From positions 2,273 to 66,272 of the forward strand of contig CANQZC010000008.1 in the NCBI GenBank assembly GCA_947628235.1: 64,000 nucleotides of DNA, written 5' to 3'. The notes under the pieces are model-generated. The model was not told the DNA's origin and did no database searches. It saw nothing but the letters and a program-made list of their open reading frames with translations. This document shows positions 29,501 to 38,897 of this stretch, in pieces. Both the position numbers and the translations under genes were made by a program. The DNA is from an uncultured Bacilli bacterium (lineage in GTDB: Bacteria > Bacillota_I > Bacilli_A > RF39 > UBA660). Position 1 is the first letter of the stretch. Each line of letters starts with the position of its first letter.

Positions 29501-29741
29501 TATGGAAACTCTTCGTCAACATTTAAATGGAGTCTCTTTAGATGAAATAGAACTTCCAAATCTAGAGGAAATCAAAAGTTGTTATATCGGTACAGATTGG
29601 TATGTCGCTCTTCTTTCTAACGGAGAAACCATTTCTGCCGTATTTGAACAAGGAGATTCTAAACGAGCTCAAGCAGAAATGGCAGAAGTTCTTCAAAAAC
29701 TAGAAATCGAAAGAACTTATCAAGGAGGTTATCAAAGATGA
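26544..29741 (+). CDS. Large hypothetical protein: N-terminal helical repeats, C-terminal putative catalytic domain
   Basis: 1065-aa ORF with RBS; repeats of II-x-S-(L/M/F)-x-(S/D)-D-E-x-K; LGERTGACMRIGGAG motif. Confidence 0.7.
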   Translation: MNYQLIQARVEEAKRSGTLNYDWFQTNFTLEERVELFNSSLYFAEKASLMFTEEEILEHASALSEDYFVYAFRTLSDKNKLQHLFQIQNQPDAEDMICFLAEEIQTDDYKLEAVRFLKDKEDRASLIAKLDSDEKKLEILPSYHGSPRATIIASMKSDQIKEKYIHLTPNLETIIASLESDELRQRYLHQYRFVLSGFAKVEIVRSFRDEKIKLEHLKKFKKEDERVEIIQSLSSKKMLEFIPTIVGEDNRRMVIGELEEPELLTILPTLEKEEAFPFLFNLTRDQQKIPFLDGYDQEQLATLLGHFKDTSLFLENVTRIQDFAKMESLIAHRENFPPYFESYQSLVDLFAQHYQVPVEHLLTMIDLTSMQCLSYLNNDNIQQILRLPEEEFKEILAFFKKENTQLSNNTFNDILNSLLQRQFRIEHSSLVNIFPQCLAAIEAKDVETLGNLLIQIDKTYPFTELLVAAGMDQQTFVHGLLEKQNQAITFLHQITNKYLTLERNNYTKENLEEMRTRCLKNCFEKNALIKAAMKWISWKTFLKDVDSLSVHFFSPEDQELLANESLLKEVFQFKKDPTTYGKEVTKEMKQAFKAYQHIFRVLADRKFFHGGSNLLSTPTYELPEKDPQFLLSVLGELDVEHLLSFSKENPDLYHKMGEMLEKYQFMAWGESFSPFLEEMDLYFDPSTIASLMNNFSEFYPRLERSMERGELSGVTITGLIDQANCYGSDSYRYSQVFGKEDYQLLSSNPGPNSASMKRKDRLAMALEKVKKIYQRDSIPVPPIQKEYTLPNGKTLLVEVGNVTDMRNLTLGERTGACMRIGGAGDSLFDFCLEDANGFHITFSDPKTGQLISRVSGFQNGNCCCLNQLRDSLSMEYTDMDLVSICKKVAEDFLETSKQSSHPIDFVIVSSGYAMRQSKEKPRNLHVSDIKKGLGEFYSDVAPTAIVLAERKGSRIQLGKEKVERYAPVRSYPKKYEEENAKEAIQHMETLRQHLNGVSLDEIELPNLEEIKSCYIGTDWYVALLSNGETISAVFEQGDSKRAQAEMAEVLQKLEIERTYQGGYQR

Positions 29742-29959
29742 AAACATATGGAAAAGTAGAAAAATATAATGGATACAGTGGTTCTATTTTAGGGGTTGAT
29801 GGAAAAGAATATCTTCTTCTTGAAAAAGAAATTGTCGAAGGACAAGTAGAAGAAAAAGATGATGTTTCTTTTGTAGCAGAAGAATATGAAACTCCAGAAC
29901 ATCATGAAGATATCGCTCGTTTTGTAAAAGTTTTAAAAAAGGATGATAAAAAGATTTAG
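29738..29959 (+). CDS. Small cold-shock-like OB-fold protein
   Basis: GKVEKYNGYSGSI...DGKEY...DDVSF mirrors the CSD strand pattern; ATGA overlap with the upstream stop; GGAGG RBS. Confidence 0.55.
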   Translation: MKTYGKVEKYNGYSGSILGVDGKEYLLLEKEIVEGQVEEKDDVSFVAEEYETPEHHEDIARFVKVLKKDDKKI

Positions 29960-30028
29960 AAGGAGTAGAATTTCCTTCTTTTTTAAAAAATACATTCTTT
30001 CTAAGAATTTTTGATATAATATTTTTAG

Positions 30029-30490
30029 GTGAGAAAGATGGAATCTAAAATATATCGTTTTTTAGAAGGTAGATATGGATTTGATGATCTTTATCGATTC
30101 CTTTTGTATCTTTATGTTATTTTATTATGCTTTGATATTCTTCTTCATAATCCAATTCTTTCTGTTTTGGTGGTACTAGAATTTACCGTGATGTTTTATC
30201 GTGTCTTTTCTAAAAATAAAAAGAGAAGAAGAAGAGAAAATGAGATTTATCTACATATTCGTGGAAAACTATTTTCGCCTTTTCAAACGATGAAAAGAAA
30301 TTGGCAAGACCGAGAAACTCTTATTTATAAAAAGTGTCGTCATTGTAAGACAACCCTTCGACTTCCTCTTCCTAGTGAGCGAGGAATTCATCATGTAACT
30401 TGTCCAAAATGTAAAAAGAAATTAACTGTTCTTTGCCTTCGCAAGATGAAAGTAGAAATTTATACCAAAGAGGGGAAAAGAAAGAGGTAA
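30029..30490 (+). CDS. Membrane protein with C-terminal Zn ribbon
   Basis: GRYG.D.L, two TM segments, CRHC...CPKC. Confidence 0.75.
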   Translation: MRKMESKIYRFLEGRYGFDDLYRFLLYLYVILLCFDILLHNPILSVLVVLEFTVMFYRVFSKNKKRRRRENEIYLHIRGKLFSPFQTMKRNWQDRETLIYKKCRHCKTTLRLPLPSERGIHHVTCPKCKKKLTVLCLRKMKVEIYTKEGKRKR

Positions 30491-30559
30491 TTTTCTTAAG
30501 GAAATCTTAAGTTTTATTCTAAGAAAAGTATGCTATAATGAAAAAAAGAGGAGATATTT

Positions 30560-33145
30560 ATGATTGAATTAAGAGATATTTGTAAAACCTATAAAGCCAA
30601 AAAAGGAAAAAGTACGAAAGCTTTAAATGGCGTATCTCTAACCCTAGGAGAAAAAGGAATGACTTTTATTCTAGGAAAGAGTGGTAGTGGAAAAAGTACA
30701 CTTTTAAATGTTTTAGGAGGATTAGACAAATACGATTCTGGAGAAATGTTTATTCTTGGAAAAAGTAGTAAAGATTTCACACAGGCTGATTTAGATTCTT
30801 ATCGAAATACTTATGTAGGGTTTGTTTTTCAAGAGTTTAATATTTTGGAAGATTATGATGTTTATCAAAATATTTTATTAGCGCTTCAACTTCAACAGAA
30901 AAAAGTCGATGAAAAGAAGATGAATGAGTTATTAGAAACGCTAGAACTTACTGAGTTAAAAAAGAGAAAAGTAAATGAATTATCGGGAGGACAAAAACAA
31001 AGAGTAGCCATTGCTCGAGCGCTTATTAAAGAACCAAAAATTATCTTAGCCGATGAACCAACCGGAAATCTAGATAGTAAAACAGGTAGACAGGTAATGG
31101 AACTCTTACAAGAAATCTCTAAAGATAAATTAGTCGTTGTTGTCTCTCACGATGAAGAATATGCTGAAAAGTATGGAGATCGAATTATTGAGATTCAAGA
31201 TGGAAAAGTAGTTTCTGATACCAAGCCTTATAAAGAGAAGAAAAAAGAACAAGATTTTTATCAAACAATTAAATCTCATCTTCCTTTTAAAGAGAGTTTT
31301 AAATTAGGCATTGGTAGTTTAAAACATAAAAAACTAAAACTTTTCTTTACCATTCTACTCGTAGTGGCAACTTTAGGATTTTTAAGTTGTACGGATACAT
31401 TAACGAGTTATAACTTAAATCTAGCACATGCGAAATTATTGTCAGATGAGGGAGAAACTTTTGTTCAAGCCCAAAACTTTCATATTCCAAAATATGATGG
31501 AGAACTAAGTTATGTTTCTAGAAGTCTAATGAAAATGGATGAAGATACTGTGTCGGAGGTGAATAGACGTCTTCCAAAACAGGGATATGAAGTATATCGA
31601 TATACGAATGATTATTCTTTCTATAGTCCTACTACATTATTAAATATAAAAATGCCAGAAAATAGTTATGATAAATATTCTTTCTATCATCCAACTTATT
31701 TTGATTGTTTTGCAGATATTGTTGTTGTAGATCATGTAAAAGAGATAGTCGAAGAAAAATTAATTGGTAGAGAGCCTAAAGAACCAGATGAAATTGTTAT
31801 ATCTAGTTATCTTGCTAAATTAATGATATTAAATGGTGTTTATGTTCATGAATCTATCAATACAGATGAATTTTCGGATGAACACCTTTTTACTCCAAAA
31901 GACTATGAAGAGATTGTTAATTCTTCCTATACTTATTATTTTGGAGAAACTGGTAAAGTAAAAATTGTTGGAATTATGGATTATGATATAAAGAAATATG
32001 AAATCCTTTTGGAGGATGATAAACCGAAAGAAGAAAAAGCCAAACTGTTAGAAGAATTCAGTACCAAAGTACTAGGTACTTATAATAAGATTTATGTTAC
32101 CAAAGATTTTGTTTCTTCTTTAAATGTTCCTACGGAGAAAAGATTAGATCAAAATTATAATTATATTTTTTCTTCTCAAGAAACAACACTTTTGAATGAT
32201 GGACGTTATATTGGTCCTGCTATTTTAGGAGAAAATGTAACATACTATGATGGAACTAAATGGACAACAACGGCTTCTTTAAAGAAAAATGAAGTAATTT
32301 TAAATCTTTCTCAATTAGTGGATGATTCTTACCGAACAGATTTGGAAGCTTATTATGCCAAACATCCGAATGAAGATATCAATGAATTACAGAAGAAATT
32401 TTTTGCTAACTATATTTCTAAACTAGATGTTATTGGAAAAATAATAAATTTAAAAGTTTGTTATGGTGGCGAAGCAGAGGCAATAGAAAATTTTGATGTA
32501 AAGATAGTTGGAGTTTCTACCAGTGAAGTAGAAGGTGGAAGTTTTTATGTCAATTATTTTTCAGAAGAATTATTAGAAAAGTATCAAGCAGAACCCATCA
32601 CAAGAACTGGAATTCTTTATGTTGCTAAAACAACAAAAGAGTTTAAAAAGATTTTAGATGCTTTCCCATATCATGATACTCTTTCTGCTACAACTAGCTA
32701 TAGTGATCAATTTTATATGCTTTATGATGCTGTTTCAGTCTTACGGAAAATTACTTTCTATATAGGACTTGTATTTACTGTATTTGCGATTTTCTTAATT
32801 GCCAATTTCATGTTCAATAGTATTTCTTATCGCAAAAGAGAAATTGGTGTTTTACGAGCTTTAGGTGCTAGAAGTAGTGATGTTTCTAAAATCTTCTTAT
32901 GGGAAGGTGTTGTACTTGCTACCATTTCTGGAGTCATCGCATCTATTCTCTTAGTCGTTGTAACGAATGGATTAAATGCATACATTATGAAAGAGACTAG
33001 TTTAATTCTTACACCATTTATTGTCGGAATTAGACAATTCCTTGTCATTTGGATTCTTGTCTTTAGTGTTACGATGGTTGCATCTATTTTACCAATTCGT
33101 AGAATTGCCAAAAAGAAACCAATCGATGCGATTTTAAATAAATAA
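30560..33145 (+). CDS. MacB/FtsX-type ABC transporter, ATPase-permease fusion
   Basis: GKSGSGKST, LSGGQKQR, ADEPTGNLD; REIGVLRALGA FtsX motif. Confidence 0.93.
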   Translation: MIELRDICKTYKAKKGKSTKALNGVSLTLGEKGMTFILGKSGSGKSTLLNVLGGLDKYDSGEMFILGKSSKDFTQADLDSYRNTYVGFVFQEFNILEDYDVYQNILLALQLQQKKVDEKKMNELLETLELTELKKRKVNELSGGQKQRVAIARALIKEPKIILADEPTGNLDSKTGRQVMELLQEISKDKLVVVVSHDEEYAEKYGDRIIEIQDGKVVSDTKPYKEKKKEQDFYQTIKSHLPFKESFKLGIGSLKHKKLKLFFTILLVVATLGFLSCTDTLTSYNLNLAHAKLLSDEGETFVQAQNFHIPKYDGELSYVSRSLMKMDEDTVSEVNRRLPKQGYEVYRYTNDYSFYSPTTLLNIKMPENSYDKYSFYHPTYFDCFADIVVVDHVKEIVEEKLIGREPKEPDEIVISSYLAKLMILNGVYVHESINTDEFSDEHLFTPKDYEEIVNSSYTYYFGETGKVKIVGIMDYDIKKYEILLEDDKPKEEKAKLLEEFSTKVLGTYNKIYVTKDFVSSLNVPTEKRLDQNYNYIFSSQETTLLNDGRYIGPAILGENVTYYDGTKWTTTASLKKNEVILNLSQLVDDSYRTDLEAYYAKHPNEDINELQKKFFANYISKLDVIGKIINLKVCYGGEAEAIENFDVKIVGVSTSEVEGGSFYVNYFSEELLEKYQAEPITRTGILYVAKTTKEFKKILDAFPYHDTLSATTSYSDQFYMLYDAVSVLRKITFYIGLVFTVFAIFLIANFMFNSISYRKREIGVLRALGARSSDVSKIFLWEGVVLATISGVIASILLVVVTNGLNAYIMKETSLILTPFIVGIRQFLVIWILVFSVTMVASILPIRRIAKKKPIDAILNK

Positions 33146-33163
33146 AGTTTTTCATAAAAAATG

Positions 33164-33192
33164 ATAGAGTAAGGAAACCTTACTCTATTTTT
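33164..33192 (+). terminator. Intrinsic terminator
   Basis: ATAGAGTAAGG-AAA-CCTTACTCTAT followed by Ts. Confidence 0.85.
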
Positions 33193-33227
33193 GTGTTATA
33201 ATAAATCTATAAGATAGGAGGAATACA

Positions 33228-34178
33228 ATGTATCCAAATAATATGAATTCTATGAACTCCATGAACTCTATGAATTCCATGAATAGAAATGGGAATATCC
33301 CACCTAGAAATGAAACTCCTGTAGAAAAACCAAAAGCAAAAGGAATCCCCGTCGTAGTTCTTCTTCTTTGCTCTCTTATTTTCTTAGGAGTAGGAGTGAT
33401 TGTTGGTAAGTTTGTTTTAGGTGCTTCTAATGGTGGTAGTCAAAAAGAAGCTGAAACTTGTGAGACAGAATCTGAAGAAAGTGATTATTATTCTATTATG
33501 ACAGAAGAGATTAAAGACTGTTCTCATAGTACTTCTCTTTATTATGAAGGGGAAGGAAAAAATGTCTATCTATACTGTCTAGATAGTATTTCTTTAAAAG
33601 ATAATGGAAAGCAAATGTCTTTAAAAGACTTTATTGATCGAAATGGAAAAGATATTGATAAATCTATTGATACTTTAGCAAGTTTTGATAAATTATGGGA
33701 TGCTTCTGTTGATTCTTTAGATGATGGGGGAACGACCATTTATAAAGATACGGGAGGAACGAAAGTAACGAATCATGGACTTACTTTAATTCGTTGTCAT
33801 AATTTACAAGGAGGCGAAGATATCTATCTTGGACCTTATCAAATGAAGTATAAGGAGTTCTATTGTAATCCAACCGTTCAAGAAAATAAATACTTTATTA
33901 AAACATACCGTATTTTATTCCAAGAAGATAGTCTAGATAAACAATCTGTTTATTTAACCCTTCGAAAATATCAAGAAGATGAAATTCAGACTGTCAAAGT
34001 ATCTAAGAAGATTGCAGACCGTGTAATGGTAGGAAGTAACTATGAATTTACTTTTGAATATCGTGATAAATATATCGATGATAATAGCATTTCTTCGGTA
34101 TTTACGAATGCCACTTTAATTTCTATGTCAAAAACAGATAAAGAAGGTTCTAATCAAATTCAAGAAAATGCAGAATAG
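33228..34178 (+). CDS. Single-pass membrane protein, Cys-containing extracellular domain
   Basis: N-terminal MNS repeats, one TM helix, large C-terminal domain. Confidence 0.65.
   Translation: MYPNNMNSMNSMNSMNSMNRNGNIPPRNETPVEKPKAKGIPVVVLLLCSLIFLGVGVIVGKFVLGASNGGSQKEAETCETESEESDYYSIMTEEIKDCSHSTSLYYEGEGKNVYLYCLDSISLKDNGKQMSLKDFIDRNGKDIDKSIDTLASFDKLWDASVDSLDDGGTTIYKDTGGTKVTNHGLTLIRCHNLQGGEDIYLGPYQMKYKEFYCNPTVQENKYFIKTYRILFQEDSLDKQSVYLTLRKYQEDEIQTVKVSKKIADRVMVGSNYEFTFEYRDKYIDDNSISSVFTNATLISMSKTDKEGSNQIQENAE
33243..33284 (+). repeat. 9-bp coding tandem repeat (Met-Asn-Ser)
   Basis: ATGAAYTCY x4 plus a partial copy. Confidence 0.85.
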
Positions 34179-34201
34179 AGAATATCTCTATTCTTTTTCT
34201 A

Positions 34202-34259
34202 TTGACAATTGAATAGATATTCAACTATAATAGTAATATATAATTGAATAATTGTTCAA
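34202..34259 (+). promoter_or_regulatory. Promoter with two ArsR/SmtB-type operators
   Basis: TTGACA..TATAAT (18-bp spacer); TTGAATA-GA-TATTCAA (34209-34224) and TTGAATA-AT-TGTTCAA (34244-34259). Confidence 0.85.
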
Positions 34260-34275
34260 CCGAAGGAGAATACTT

Positions 34276-34665
34276 ATGGCGAAAAAAGAATTTGTCTGTG
34301 ATTGTAATATGATTCATGAAGAATCCGTCTATCAAGCGAAAAAGAAAATGCCCAAAGAAGAAATTTTTGATAAGGTAGCTATTTTCTTTAAGTTGTTAGG
34401 GGATCAAACGAGAGTTAAAATTTTATTCGCATTAGATCAACATGAAATGTGTGTCTGTGATTTAGCCAATACTCTTTCTATGACGAAGTCTTCTATTTCT
34501 CATCAACTTAGCCATTTACGAAAAGAAGAAATTGTCAAATGTCGAAAAGAGGGAAAAGAGGTTTATTACACCTTAGATGATGAGCATGTTAGAAAAGTTT
34601 TTGAAATTGCTTTAGAGCATATTCAACATAAAAAGGAGGAAAAAAATGAAAAAACAAGGGATTAA
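34276..34665 (+). CDS. ArsR/SmtB-family metalloregulator (CadC-like)
   Basis: FKLLGDQTRVKIL, MCVCDLA, SISHQL, LDDEHV; ATG 34276 after AAGGAG. Confidence 0.92.
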   Translation: MAKKEFVCDCNMIHEESVYQAKKKMPKEEIFDKVAIFFKLLGDQTRVKILFALDQHEMCVCDLANTLSMTKSSISHQLSHLRKEEIVKCRKEGKEVYYTLDDEHVRKVFEIALEHIQHKKEEKNEKTRD

Positions 34666-36472
34666 AATTCTTGCTAGTTTTGTCTTCTTCCTTCTTGGTT
34701 TCTTTTTAAAAATGCCATTGGAAAAGACATGTTGTTTCTTTCTTGCTTATGTGATTGTTGGTTTTTCTGTTCTTACCAAAGCCATTCACAATTTTAGTGA
34801 AGGAGAAATTTTTGATGAGAACTTTTTAATGACCATCGCTACTATTGGGGCCTTTATCATTGGTCAATATCCAGAAGGCGTAGCAGTGATGTTGTTTTAT
34901 CAAGTAGGAGAACTCTTCCAAGAACTAGCCGTTCAAAAATCTAGAAAGTCTATCGCGTCTTTAATGAAATTAAAACCGGATATCGCGTATCTAGAGGTCG
35001 ATGGAAAGGTGAAAAAGGTATCTCCAGAAGAAGTAAAAGTAGGGGATATTTTAGTTGTGAAACCAGGCGAAAAAGTTCCTTTAGATGGAAAAGTAATGGG
35101 GGGAGAAACTTTCTTAAATACCGTTCATTTAACAGGAGAATCTGTTCCTCGTAAAGTAGAAGTAGGAGATATGGTACTAAGTGGTACTATCAATACCGAA
35201 AGTGTCATTCGTATTCGGGTTACGAAACCATTAGAAGAGTCTACTGTTCAAAAAATTTTAGATTTAGTAGAACATGCGAATAGTAAAAAATCTACTCCAG
35301 AGACTTTTATTCGTAAGTTTTCTAGGTACTATACCCCAATCGTTGTTACGCTTGCTCTTCTTCTTTCTTTTTTACCACCCATTATCTATGGAACTTCCTT
35401 TACTCCTTGGATTTATCGGGCTCTTTCATTTCTAGTTGTTTCTTGTCCATGCGCTCTAGTAATTTCTGTTCCCCTTAGTTTCTTTGGAGGAATTGGAGCA
35501 GCTTCAATGGATGGAATTTTAATCAAAGGAAGTCAGGCTTTAGAACAATTGAAAGAAGTAACAACTGTTGTCTTTGATAAGACAGGAACTTTAACGGAAG
35601 GAGTTTTTGAAGTTCAAAAGATAACTCCTAAGGGAGTTTCTAAAGAAGAACTATTAAAACTAGCTGCTTATGCGGAAGCTTATTCTAATCATCCTATCGC
35701 GAAATCTTTAAAACAAGCTTATGGTAAAGAAATTGATGAAAAATATGTCAAAGAAATCAAAGAAGCATCTGGAATGGGTTTAAAAGCGTTAGTAGATGGG
35801 AAAAATGTTCTAGTTGGCAACGAGAAATGGATGAGAGAAAATCATATTGATTATGAACAGGAAGAAGAGGTAGGAACAACTATCTATGTAGCAGTAGATT
35901 TAGAATACTGTGGATCAATCTTTATTTCCGACAAGATAAAAGAAGATTCTTATCATGCGATTCCATCTCTTCGAAAAGAGGGAATCAATGAAATTGTTGT
36001 TTTGACAGGAGATCAACAAGAAATTACCGCTTCTGTCTGTCAAAAGTTGGGAATCTCTAAATATTATGCGGAACTTTTGCCAAATGATAAAGTGGAAAAA
36101 TTAGAATATATTAAAGAGAAGAAAAAAGCAGATGAAAAAGTATTATTCGTCGGAGATGGTATGAATGATGCTCCAGTACTAGCGCTTTCTGATATTGGTG
36201 TAGCGATGGGTGGTTTAGGAAGTGATGCTGCTCTAGAATCTGCGGATATTGTCATTATGACAGATGAACCTTCTAAGGTGGCAAAAGTAAAACAAATTAG
36301 TCGAAAAACGCTACGAATCGTTAAAGAAAATATTCTTTTTGCGCTTTTCATTAAAATTCTGATTTTATTGGGAAGTGCTTTAGGAATCACAACGATGTGG
36401 TTTTCGGTATTTGGGGATGTTGGTGTGACAATTCTTTGTGTATTTAATGCTTTAAGAGCATTTCGGAGGTAG
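34646..36472 (+). CDS. cadA: Zn/Cd-translocating P1B-ATPase
   Basis: ENFLM, TGES, SCPCAL, DKTGT, HP, GDGMNDAP. Confidence 0.9.
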   Translation: MKKQGIKILASFVFFLLGFFLKMPLEKTCCFFLAYVIVGFSVLTKAIHNFSEGEIFDENFLMTIATIGAFIIGQYPEGVAVMLFYQVGELFQELAVQKSRKSIASLMKLKPDIAYLEVDGKVKKVSPEEVKVGDILVVKPGEKVPLDGKVMGGETFLNTVHLTGESVPRKVEVGDMVLSGTINTESVIRIRVTKPLEESTVQKILDLVEHANSKKSTPETFIRKFSRYYTPIVVTLALLLSFLPPIIYGTSFTPWIYRALSFLVVSCPCALVISVPLSFFGGIGAASMDGILIKGSQALEQLKEVTTVVFDKTGTLTEGVFEVQKITPKGVSKEELLKLAAYAEAYSNHPIAKSLKQAYGKEIDEKYVKEIKEASGMGLKALVDGKNVLVGNEKWMRENHIDYEQEEEVGTTIYVAVDLEYCGSIFISDKIKEDSYHAIPSLRKEGINEIVVLTGDQQEITASVCQKLGISKYYAELLPNDKVEKLEYIKEKKKADEKVLFVGDGMNDAPVLALSDIGVAMGGLGSDAALESADIVIMTDEPSKVAKVKQISRKTLRIVKENILFALFIKILILLGSALGITTMWFSVFGDVGVTILCVFNALRAFRR

Positions 36473-36473
36473 T

Positions 36474-37601
36474 ATGAAAAATTTTTATCAAAATCATCGT
36501 GTTTTATTTGTTCTTCTTTGTATGATAACAGTTCTTTTGGTTCTTCTTCTTTTAGGATTCCTTTTCTTACATTTTTGGCCTGCTTTTGGTGGAACTCCTT
36601 CAAAGAAGGATAAAGCAAACTACGCTTCTAGGACAGAATATTATCAAGACGGAAAGTTTTTACCATACGAAGAAATTCACATCATGGGAGATAGTGCTTT
36701 TACCAATGACTTTCTTTCTACGAAAAAGACAAAGCCACAAGAAAAGTTACCGACTGTAACACCGACTTGGGAAAAAGAACCATCCAAAGAAGATTTCACT
36801 ATCACTTGGTTAGGACATTCTACCTTACTTATTCAAATCGAAGGATTAAATATTTTAGTAGACCCTATCTTTAGTGAAGTAGCGTCTCCAGTTTCTTTTA
36901 TAGGACCAAAAAGATTTACGGATGTTCCTGTTTCTATCGACGATTTACCAGTTATCGATATTGTTTTAATTACGCATGATCACTATGACCATTTAGATTA
37001 TGAAACGATTCGCAAACTAGATAAGAAAGTAAGACAGTATGTCGTTCCTTTAGGGGTTGAAAAACACTTAGAAAGATGGAAAGTAAAGAAAGAAAAAATT
37101 ACCAATATGGCATGGTGGGAAGAGATTACTATATCTGATTTAGTCATTGGATGTACACCTGCCAAACACTATTCACAAAGAGGTCTATTTGATAGAAATC
37201 AAACGATGGTAGCTTCTTATGTATTAAAAGGAACGAAATATCAAATCTATGAAAGTGGAGATACGGGATTTGGAAATCATTTTCAAGAGATTTATCAGAA
37301 ATATGGCGATTTTGATTTGGTATTGATGGATAGTGGACAATATAACAGTGCTTGGCATGATATTCATATGACACCAGAAGAATCTGTAGAAGCTAGTAAA
37401 ATTTTAAATGCGAAAGTAGCCATGCCAATTCATTGGGGCAGTTTTGCTTTATCGATTCATCCTTGGGATGATCCAGCAGAAGCCTTTACGACTCATGCCG
37501 AAAGAGAAAAATTAGAGACAGTAACACCACGGATTGGGGAGACCTTCTCTTTCGAAGAATATTCTAATTACCAAGAAAAATGGTGGCGAGACATTTCCTA
37601 G
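36474..37601 (+). CDS. MBL-fold metallo-hydrolase (NAPE-PLD/RomA-like)
   Basis: WLGHST, THDHYDHLD, GDTG, HMTPEE, PIHWG; N-terminal TM. Confidence 0.9.
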   Translation: MKNFYQNHRVLFVLLCMITVLLVLLLLGFLFLHFWPAFGGTPSKKDKANYASRTEYYQDGKFLPYEEIHIMGDSAFTNDFLSTKKTKPQEKLPTVTPTWEKEPSKEDFTITWLGHSTLLIQIEGLNILVDPIFSEVASPVSFIGPKRFTDVPVSIDDLPVIDIVLITHDHYDHLDYETIRKLDKKVRQYVVPLGVEKHLERWKVKKEKITNMAWWEEITISDLVIGCTPAKHYSQRGLFDRNQTMVASYVLKGTKYQIYESGDTGFGNHFQEIYQKYGDFDLVLMDSGQYNSAWHDIHMTPEESVEASKILNAKVAMPIHWGSFALSIHPWDDPAEAFTTHAEREKLETVTPRIGETFSFEEYSNYQEKWWRDIS

Positions 37602-37647
37602 ACAGAAATGTCTTTTTATGTTATGATAACAGGGATGGAGGGATTCC

Positions 37648-38886
37648 GTGAGAGTAAGAAAACTAGATAATACAGCAAAAATTTTTTCTTTAGACAGCAA
37701 AAAAAATAATAATCTTTATCGCATGACTGTCACTTTGACAGAACCTGTTGATCCCAGACTTTTAAAGAAGTCTGTTATTTTAGCGTTAGACTATTATCCT
37801 AGTTATAAAGTAAGAAAAAGTTTAGGGTTCTTTTGGAATGCTTTTAGCAAAAATGAAAGAAATCCTATCGTCGAACAAAAAACGATTCATCCAGGAAAAA
37901 AGATTTGGTTTCATCGTAGTAACGATTATCTTTTTAAAGTGACTTTTTTTGAAAACCAAATTAATTTAGATGTCATTCATGTTCTTACGGATGGTGGGGG
38001 AGCTTTTATCTTTTTAAAGGCAATTCTCTATTTTTATCTCAGTGAAAAATATCAGTTAAAAAATCCTATCTTAAAACAGATTCCTAAACTTTCTAGTGAA
38101 GATCCTTATCAGTCAATCGTAGATTTAGAAAAGAAAACAGCACCTTCTTCATCAAAGTCTTATTTGATTAAAAAAGAGACGGCTTTTCTTCATAATTTTA
38201 AAACGAAATATCAGATGAAAATTGCGGATTTAAAAAAGGTGTGTAAAAAGAAAAAAGTATCTATTACAGAATACTTAACAGCGCTTTATATTTTTTCTAT
38301 TTATCAAACCATTTATGATAAAAAGAAAAATCGTGATATTAAGATTACGATTCCTATCGATTTAAGAAAGTATTATCCGGAAGAAGTGTTTACTAACTTT
38401 TTTACTTGTATGGTCATTGAAGGAAAAATCTTAGAATGTGAAAAAGTGACTTTTAATAACCTTTTAAAAGAAGTGAAAAAACAATTTGAAGAGAGACTAA
38501 CCAAAGAACAAATTGATGCCTATGTAGCGCGTGATGTTCGTCTTGGCAATAATCTTGCTATTTCGTTTGTTCCTCTTGGCATTAAGAAATTATTTATGCG
38601 TTTTTTAGGTACTTATGTTAGTCAAAGTACGACTTCAACACTTTCTAATTTAGGACAAATTACTTTAGAAGAACCATTTTCTTCCTATGTAGAAGATATT
38701 CATACTTCCGTCAATCCAGGAAGAACGCAGAAGGTAAAGTGTACGATTACTTCTTATCAAGATAATTTAACGATTGTATTAAATTCTAATCTTGCTTGTC
38801 ACCAGATGGAACAGGAGTTTTATCGTCTTTTAAAGAAACAAATTAAGAATCTTTCTTTCGAAAGTGACATATTAAAAAACCAGTAA
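37648..38886 (+). CDS. CoA-dependent acyltransferase (alcohol acetyltransferase/condensation-like)
   Basis: LDNTAKIF, HVLTDG (HxxxDG), PIDLR, SNLG motifs. Confidence 0.8.
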   Translation: MRVRKLDNTAKIFSLDSKKNNNLYRMTVTLTEPVDPRLLKKSVILALDYYPSYKVRKSLGFFWNAFSKNERNPIVEQKTIHPGKKIWFHRSNDYLFKVTFFENQINLDVIHVLTDGGGAFIFLKAILYFYLSEKYQLKNPILKQIPKLSSEDPYQSIVDLEKKTAPSSSKSYLIKKETAFLHNFKTKYQMKIADLKKVCKKKKVSITEYLTALYIFSIYQTIYDKKKNRDIKITIPIDLRKYYPEEVFTNFFTCMVIEGKILECEKVTFNNLLKEVKKQFEERLTKEQIDAYVARDVRLGNNLAISFVPLGIKKLFMRFLGTYVSQSTTSTLSNLGQITLEEPFSSYVEDIHTSVNPGRTQKVKCTITSYQDNLTIVLNSNLACHQMEQEFYRLLKKQIKNLSFESDILKNQ

Positions 38887-38897
38887 TTACTGGTTTT
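38876..38897. terminator. Perfect 22-bp palindrome at abutting convergent stop codons; likely bidirectional terminator
   Basis: AAAACCAGTAA|TTACTGGTTTT with A-rich left and T-rich right flanks. Confidence 0.65.

Noticed and set aside
29900-29959. Shared C-terminal (F/Y)VK-x-L-x-K motif in the CSD-like and PurZ-like proteins as a secretion tag
   Set aside because: Only two short instances in a Lys-rich proteome; cannot be distinguished from chance without a genome-wide count.
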